Source: Deltaproteobacteria bacterium (lineage in GTDB: Bacteria > Myxococcota_A > Polyangia > Polyangiales > Houyiibacteriaceae). From it: a stretch of DNA of 56,053 bases. Below the pieces are notes generated by a model. The model was not told the origin of the DNA and ran no database searches. It saw only the letters and a program-made list of their open reading frames with translations. Below are positions 50,485-56,053 of the stretch, piece by piece (position 1 is the first letter of the stretch; each line of letters opens with the position of its first letter). The DNA lies in assembly GCA_034670305.1 (NCBI GenBank), contig JAXMNT010000049.1:1-56053 (forward strand). The letters run 5' to 3'. The position numbers and the translations under genes are program-made.

Positions 50485-53400
50485 GTGAACGACGACGCCC
50501 ACAGCCCAGCCGACCCGAGCGCCGAACTCTCGCCTTCCGACTTCGTGGATGTGGACTCGGGATTGGTCTCGACATTCGGTGGCGCGGCCCACGGCAGCGA
50601 CGCACCGACCCTCCGGCGTTCGGGACGGGTCGCGTGCGGGCCCGCCCCCACCCGGCTCGGCCGGTACGAAGTCCTCGCGCAGGCCGGCTCCGGCGGCTTC
50701 GGCATGGTCTACCGGGCCCGATGTACGGAGACCGGTCGAGACGTCGCTCTGAAGACGCTGCACAACCTGCGGCCGGACGCCGTGGTCCAGATGAAGAACG
50801 AGTTCCGCGCGCTCGCCGAACTCGAACACCCGAACCTCGTTCGCCTCTACGAACTGGGCGTCGACGACGGGGTGTGGTTCATCGCCATGGAGTGGATCGA
50901 CGGCGTCGACTTTCTCACCTTCGTCCGTCCCTCCAACGAACCGACCAGCCTTCCCCGGTTGCGGATCGCCCTGGCCCAGCTCGCGCTCGCGCTCCAGGCC
51001 ACCCACGAGGCCGGCTACCTCCACCTCGACATCAAACCCAACAACATCCTCGTGACCGCGGAGGGCCGGGTGGTGTTGCTCGACTTCGGTCTCGCGGCCC
51101 ACTTCCGTGGGGTGGATTCGAGCAGCGGGGACAAACGCGCCCGCGGCACGCCCGCGTACATGGCGCCGGAGCAAGTGCTCGGATCGGAACTGGACGAGTC
51201 CGCCGACTGGTACGGCGTGGGCGGCGTGCTCTACCGCGCACTGACCGGCAGGTTCCCATTCGTCGCGGACCATCTGGTCGCGCTCATGGCCAAGAAGGTG
51301 CTCGTCCCGCCCGAGCCCATCGACGCCGGCGAGAGCAACGCGGAACTCTCGGATCTCGCGCTCGCGCTGTTGGCGCCCAAGCCGGAGGACCGACCGACCG
51401 GCCCAGAGGTGCTGGAGCGGCTGCATCTCGGGCGCGCGAGCCGAGAGACTCGACATCGCTCACTCGCGGGCCGGCGTGCCGAACTGCGGGCGCTGCGCAC
51501 CGCGTTCGAGCGCGCGGCGATGCCCGACGGGGGCGCGGTCGTCGCGCACGTCCGGGGACCCTCCGGGTTCGGCAAGAGTCGCCTGGTCGGTTCGTTCTTG
51601 AGCGAGCTCGGTGACGACGCAGTGATTCTGACTTCACGGTGTTTCGAGCAGGCCCACGTGCCGTACCGTGCGTTCGATGGATGCGTCGATGTGCTGGGTC
51701 GGTTGCTGGCCCAGGCACCCGACGAGGAGGTCGAAGCGCTCATGGGCCCCGAGGTCGCACAGGTGCTGCAGATCTTCCCGGACTTGCGCCAGGTGGACGC
51801 GCTCGACCGTGCCTTCCCCGAGCAGCCGGAGCTGCCGGTGCTGGGCGAAGCCCGTCGACGCGGGTTCGTCGGGCTCGAGCAACTGCTGCAGTACGTCGCG
51901 AAGGACAAGGTGCTCGTGCTCTCGCTCGACGACCTGCAGTGGAGCGACTCGGACAGCGCGCTCCTGCTCACCGAGCTGCTCTCGAGCCGAAACCTTCCGC
52001 GCTTCTTGTTGGTCGCGTCGTACCGCGACGAGGCCGACTCGAAGAACCCGGTGCTCGACTCGCTGCTGAAGGAGGACCTCGGCCAGGAATCGATCGTCGT
52101 GGAGGTCGGCCCGCTGACCCTCGACGAATCGGCCGCGTTGGTCGCGGGCCTGTTCGGAGGCACTCCGAATCCGGAGCGCGACCACGCGATCGCGACCCAG
52201 TCCAACGGCTCTCCACTGCTGGTCGAAGAGCTCGTGGAACGCGCTCGGACGGAGGCGTTCCTTTCTCAGGGCGAAGCGCTCGGGGTCGAGGATCTCATCC
52301 TGGCCCGCTTGGCGCGCTTGCCGGCCGAGCTGCGCGCGATCGCCGAGGTGGTCTCCGTCGCAGACCGACCGCTCACGCCCGACCTGCTTGCGGAGGCACT
52401 GGCGGACACGTCGGTCGACATCCCGCTCGCGGAAGCGGTCGAACGACTCAGCCGATACCACCTGTTGCGCGACGACGCGCGCATCGAGCCCTACCACGAC
52501 CGGACCCGGGCCGGCGTGATCGCCCAGATGCATCCGCGCTCCCTCACGGCGCGGCACGCCGCCTTGGCCGCCGCACATGCGCGCCAGCCCGGGGCGGACC
52601 CCGTTGCCCTGGCCTACCACGAACGCGGCGCGGGCAACCGGGAAGCCGCGGGCCGTTTCGCCGTCCTGGCCGCGGCCGCCGCGGAACGGGCACTCGCTTT
52701 TGGACAGGCGGCCGAACACTACGAAGCGGCGGTGCGCGACTTGAAGGCCGGTGAAGGAGGGGGCGACTCGAACACCCTCCAGCAACTCGCGCGCAGGCGC
52801 GCGGATGCCCTGGGCAACGCCGGTCGTGGCAGAGAGGCGGGCGAGGCCTACCTCCAATGCGCGACCGACACACCGGGCGAGGGCGACCACCTCCGCCGGT
52901 TGGCCGCAGAACACTTCATGACGAGCGCTGAGATCGACCCTGGTCGGGATGTGCTCGAGGCGCTGCTGCGCGAGCACGAGTTGAGTGTTCCTGGCGGCCG
53001 CAAGGGGGCGATCCTGGGGCTCGTGAAGAACCTCGCCTGGCTCCGTCTGCGTGGGGTCGGGAGCAAGACCACCCCGACCAAGGACATCGCACCGAAGACG
53101 GTCGCCCAGATCGAACTCTTGATCTCCGCGTACCGCGGCTACGTCAACTTCAACACGGTCTGGGCTGGCTACTTCGCGCTGGAGGCGCTTCGCCGGTCCC
53201 TCTCCAGCGGCTACGAACCCGGGCTGATCACGGGACTCGACTACTACGGGCTGATGACCACCTACGCGGGGACTGCGAGCGCGGAACGCCGAGGTGGCAA
53301 GTTGCTGGATCTCGCCGCTTCGATCGCCGCGCGTTCGGAAGACCCAGTGGCCCGCGCACGCATCGGACTCGCCTACGGGGTCGCCGCGACCGCCATCGGT

Positions 53401-54201
53401 CGGTTTGACGAGGCGGTCCACCAGTTGGACCAGTGCGCCCACAACCTCGAACAGTGCGTCGGCGTCGCCTGGGACCTCGCGGTGACCGAGAACACCCGCG
53501 TCCAGTCGCTGGTTTGGCTTGGGCAACTCAAACGCGCCCGCAAGCGGGTGCGGGTGCTGGTTCGTCGCAGCGAACAGACCGGAGACCTCTACTCCAAGCT
53601 CATCGGCACCGTCCTCGACGCCAAACTCCGACTCGCCTCGGGCCGTCCCGCAGAAGCCCGCAACATGGTCGCGACCATGCTCTCCGAGTGGACGACCGAA
53701 GAGTTCTCGTTCCAGCACCTGTTCGCGATCAAGACACTCGTCTGGTGCGATCTCTACGACGGGGATGTGGAAGCCGCGCACGCCCGCTTGGTCGACATGC
53801 AGCCGGACCTCAAGAAGTCGGGCATCTTGTCGCTGCAGCTCATGCGGGCCGAGGCTTCCGTGCTCGAGGGATGTGTGGAGCTGGCGCGTCTGGCCGCAGG
53901 CGATGGCGCCGCGTCGGAAGCGCGGGTGCGAAAACTCAGCCGGTGGCTGGAGAAGACCGGCCGGCCCTACGCACGCGGGTACGGCGCGATGCTGCGAGCC
54001 GGAAGTGCGCTGGTGGGGGGTGGACCCGCGGAAGGGGACCTCCGCGATGCGATTCGCCACTTCGACGCCGCGCGCATGAAGGTGCACGCGGCCGCGCTTC
54101 GACGCGCCCTGGGTGATCCGGACGGAGAGGCCGCAATGCGCGAAGAAGGCATCGCCGATCCCGCGCGCTGGTCCCAGCTCTACCTGCCCCCCGTGTCCTG
54201 A
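50485..54201 (+). CDS. Ser/Thr kinase fused to a STAND/AAA ATPase and TPR-like region
   Basis: GSGGFG, VALK, HLDIKPNN, DFG and APE; Walker A GPSGFGKS; Walker B LDDLQWSD; NGSPL. Start is inferred. Confidence 0.92.
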   Translation: MNDDAHSPADPSAELSPSDFVDVDSGLVSTFGGAAHGSDAPTLRRSGRVACGPAPTRLGRYEVLAQAGSGGFGMVYRARCTETGRDVALKTLHNLRPDAVVQMKNEFRALAELEHPNLVRLYELGVDDGVWFIAMEWIDGVDFLTFVRPSNEPTSLPRLRIALAQLALALQATHEAGYLHLDIKPNNILVTAEGRVVLLDFGLAAHFRGVDSSSGDKRARGTPAYMAPEQVLGSELDESADWYGVGGVLYRALTGRFPFVADHLVALMAKKVLVPPEPIDAGESNAELSDLALALLAPKPEDRPTGPEVLERLHLGRASRETRHRSLAGRRAELRALRTAFERAAMPDGGAVVAHVRGPSGFGKSRLVGSFLSELGDDAVILTSRCFEQAHVPYRAFDGCVDVLGRLLAQAPDEEVEALMGPEVAQVLQIFPDLRQVDALDRAFPEQPELPVLGEARRRGFVGLEQLLQYVAKDKVLVLSLDDLQWSDSDSALLLTELLSSRNLPRFLLVASYRDEADSKNPVLDSLLKEDLGQESIVVEVGPLTLDESAALVAGLFGGTPNPERDHAIATQSNGSPLLVEELVERARTEAFLSQGEALGVEDLILARLARLPAELRAIAEVVSVADRPLTPDLLAEALADTSVDIPLAEAVERLSRYHLLRDDARIEPYHDRTRAGVIAQMHPRSLTARHAALAAAHARQPGADPVALAYHERGAGNREAAGRFAVLAAAAAERALAFGQAAEHYEAAVRDLKAGEGGGDSNTLQQLARRRADALGNAGRGREAGEAYLQCATDTPGEGDHLRRLAAEHFMTSAEIDPGRDVLEALLREHELSVPGGRKGAILGLVKNLAWLRLRGVGSKTTPTKDIAPKTVAQIELLISAYRGYVNFNTVWAGYFALEALRRSLSSGYEPGLITGLDYYGLMTTYAGTASAERRGGKLLDLAASIAARSEDPVARARIGLAYGVAATAIGRFDEAVHQLDQCAHNLEQCVGVAWDLAVTENTRVQSLVWLGQLKRARKRVRVLVRRSEQTGDLYSKLIGTVLDAKLRLASGRPAEARNMVATMLSEWTTEEFSFQHLFAIKTLVWCDLYDGDVEAAHARLVDMQPDLKKSGILSLQLMRAEASVLEGCVELARLAAGDGAASEARVRKLSRWLEKTGRPYARGYGAMLRAGSALVGGGPAEGDLRDAIRHFDAARMKVHAAALRRALGDPDGEAAMREEGIADPARWSQLYLPPVS

Positions 54202-54323
54202 CGCGGGCGACCGCGAACTGCGGCCGCCAGTCTCGCAAAGCGAGCCAAGGCCCATGACCGGAAGAAACGACCGAACGAAAGACCGAAGGAAGTGAAAGCC
54301 GAACTCGATCTATGCTTGCCGGC

Positions 54324-55853
54324 ATGACGTTGAACCTGGCCAGTATCCTCCGTGAAAGCGCCCACCGGCTCCCCGAACGCGACGCCGTGATCTTGGGCGA
54401 CACCCGCCTCTCCTACGCCCGAGTCCACGGTCTCGCGCAGAGGTTCGCGGGCGGTCTGCAGAAGCTGGGGGTGGCGCGAGGCAAACATGTCGCCCTGATG
54501 CTGCCGAACGTGCCGCACTTCACGATGGCCTACTTTGGGACCCACTACGCGGGCAACGCCGTGGTCCCGCTCAACGTGCTTCTGCAGCCCGACGAGATCG
54601 CGTACCACCTCGACGACAGCGACGCCGAAGTGCTCGTGGTGTGGGAGGGGTTCTACGAGCAGGCGCGGGCGGGCTTCGATCGAGTCGACTCCTGCAAACA
54701 CATCATCGTGGCGAAAGCCGATCCTGCCGACACGACGGCGCCTGGCGGTGCGGTCAGCATGACGGCGCTGCTTGGCACGTCCGAGCCGGTGCTCGATCTA
54801 CCGGACACGATGCCCGACGACACCGCGGTCATTCTCTACACGAGTGGCACGACCGGTCGGCCGAAGGGCGCCGAGCTCACGCACTTCAACCTGTTCTTCA
54901 ACTGCGACTACGTCGCGAACAAGTTGCTCGCGAGCGACGACCCCAAAGTCAGCCTCACCGTCCTGCCGCTCTTTCACAGCTTCGGACAGACGTGCATGCA
55001 GAACGCCACGATTCGCGGCGGCGGCACCATCGTGTTGATCCCGCGCTTCGATGCCGCGCAGGTCTTCGGCGCGATTCAGGCCCACAAGGTGAACCTCTTC
55101 GCGGGCGTGCCCACGATGTACTTCGGTCTCTTGCACCACCCGGAATCCGACGCGTACGACGTCTCCTCGCTCGAGTTCTGTTTGAGCGGCGGCGCGGCGA
55201 TGCCGGTCGAGGTGATGAACGCATTCGACAAGAAGTACGGGGTGTCGATCCTCGAAGGCTATGGACTCAGCGAGACCTCCCCGGTCGCGAGCTTCAACGT
55301 GCTCGAGCGCCCGAAGAAGCCCGGGTCGGTCGGCATCCCGATCGAAGGCGTCGAGTTCCGACTCGAGGACGCCGAAGGCAAGGTCGTCACGGAAGTCGGC
55401 GAACGCGGAGAGATCTGCATCAAGGGCCACAACGTGATGAAGGGCTACTACAAGCGCGAGAGCGCCACGGAAGAAGCCATCAAGAACGGCTGGTTCCACA
55501 GCGGCGACATCGGGACTGTCGACGAAGACGGGTACTACAGCATCGTGGACCGCAAGAAGGACATGATCATTCGCGGTGGGTACAACGTGTACCCGCGCGA
55601 GATCGAAGAAGTGCTCTACGGCCACACCGCGATCGCGGAGGCCGCCGTCATCGGCGTGCCCCACGAGAAACACGGCGAAGAGGTGAAGGCCGTGATCGCG
55701 TTGAAGGCTGGCCAAGAGGTCACGCCCGACGCGGTGATCGCGTACTGCAAAGAGAAGCTGGCCGCGTACAAGTACCCGCGCATCGTCGAGATCATCGACG
55801 CGTTGCCGAAGGGCCCGACCGGCAAGATCCTCAAGCGCGAACTGCGCGACTGA
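54324..55853 (+). CDS. Long-chain fatty acid--CoA ligase
   Basis: YTSGTTGRPKG, GYGLSET, SGD, DRKKD and GKILK. Confidence 0.95.
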   Translation: MTLNLASILRESAHRLPERDAVILGDTRLSYARVHGLAQRFAGGLQKLGVARGKHVALMLPNVPHFTMAYFGTHYAGNAVVPLNVLLQPDEIAYHLDDSDAEVLVVWEGFYEQARAGFDRVDSCKHIIVAKADPADTTAPGGAVSMTALLGTSEPVLDLPDTMPDDTAVILYTSGTTGRPKGAELTHFNLFFNCDYVANKLLASDDPKVSLTVLPLFHSFGQTCMQNATIRGGGTIVLIPRFDAAQVFGAIQAHKVNLFAGVPTMYFGLLHHPESDAYDVSSLEFCLSGGAAMPVEVMNAFDKKYGVSILEGYGLSETSPVASFNVLERPKKPGSVGIPIEGVEFRLEDAEGKVVTEVGERGEICIKGHNVMKGYYKRESATEEAIKNGWFHSGDIGTVDEDGYYSIVDRKKDMIIRGGYNVYPREIEEVLYGHTAIAEAAVIGVPHEKHGEEVKAVIALKAGQEVTPDAVIAYCKEKLAAYKYPRIVEIIDALPKGPTGKILKRELRD

Positions 55854-55936
55854 GCGCGCCTACTTCTCGAACGGATGGTCGCGGAGGGGCACGACGCCGC
55901 AGGAGGCATCCGACGAGGAGGTTGAGCCCAGCCCCT

Positions 55937-56016
55937 AGCAGGTTGCTGAAGAACGCCCGCAGGGCGTTCTCGCAGCCTGCCCCTTGCCCCTGCCCTTGCC
56001 TTTGCCCTTGCCCGCG
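55937..56016 (+). repeat. Dispersed REP/MITE-like element: hairpin plus (CCCTTG)n, copy 2
   Basis: AGCAGGTTGCTGAAGAACGCCC-GCA-GGGCGTTCTCGCAGCCTGC followed by CCCTTG-type hexamers and CCCGCG; matches the reverse complement of 93-152. Confidence 0.7.
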
Positions 56017-56053
56017 GATCAGCGGTCAGATCGCTTGATCAGCGCGACGAGCA

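Noticed and set aside
56019-56053. Possible 3' end of a minus-strand gene (..LVALIKRSDR-stop)
   Set aside because: Too short at the window edge to support a call.

Overview
High-GC chromosomal window, very probably from a myxobacterium (Myxococcota, Polyangiales-like). The taxon call rests on a Myxococcales-type sigma factor paired with a Zn-finger/TPR Ser/Thr kinase, a kinase-STAND ATPase, Cys-rich lipoproteins and a MYXO-CTERM-like tail. I can support about 39 protein-coding genes and see no rRNA, tRNA, CRISPR array or transposase. Lipid metabolism is prominent: a delta-9-type desaturase, an acyl-CoA ligase, and a peroxisome-like MFE-2 (SDR + hydratase-2 + three SCP2 domains) with an SCPx-type thiolase. 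Methionine genes (hom, metH, SahR-like regulator) and many secreted or surface proteins are also present. Best candidates for undescribed systems: (1) an intramembrane-type histidine kinase plus OmpR regulator next to the desaturase, whose promoter carries five helically phased GTCAC direct repeats; (2) the MFE-2/SCPx operon with a tandemly duplicated SCP2 domain and a FadR/YsiA-like palindrome upstream; (3) a SahR-like ArsR-methyltransferase with a ~100-aa histone H1-like tail and a double palindromic operator over its own promoter. Also noted: a two-domain SUFU protein, widespread leaderless-type -10 boxes, and two families of intergenic repeats. All family assignments come from motif recognition, not database searches.
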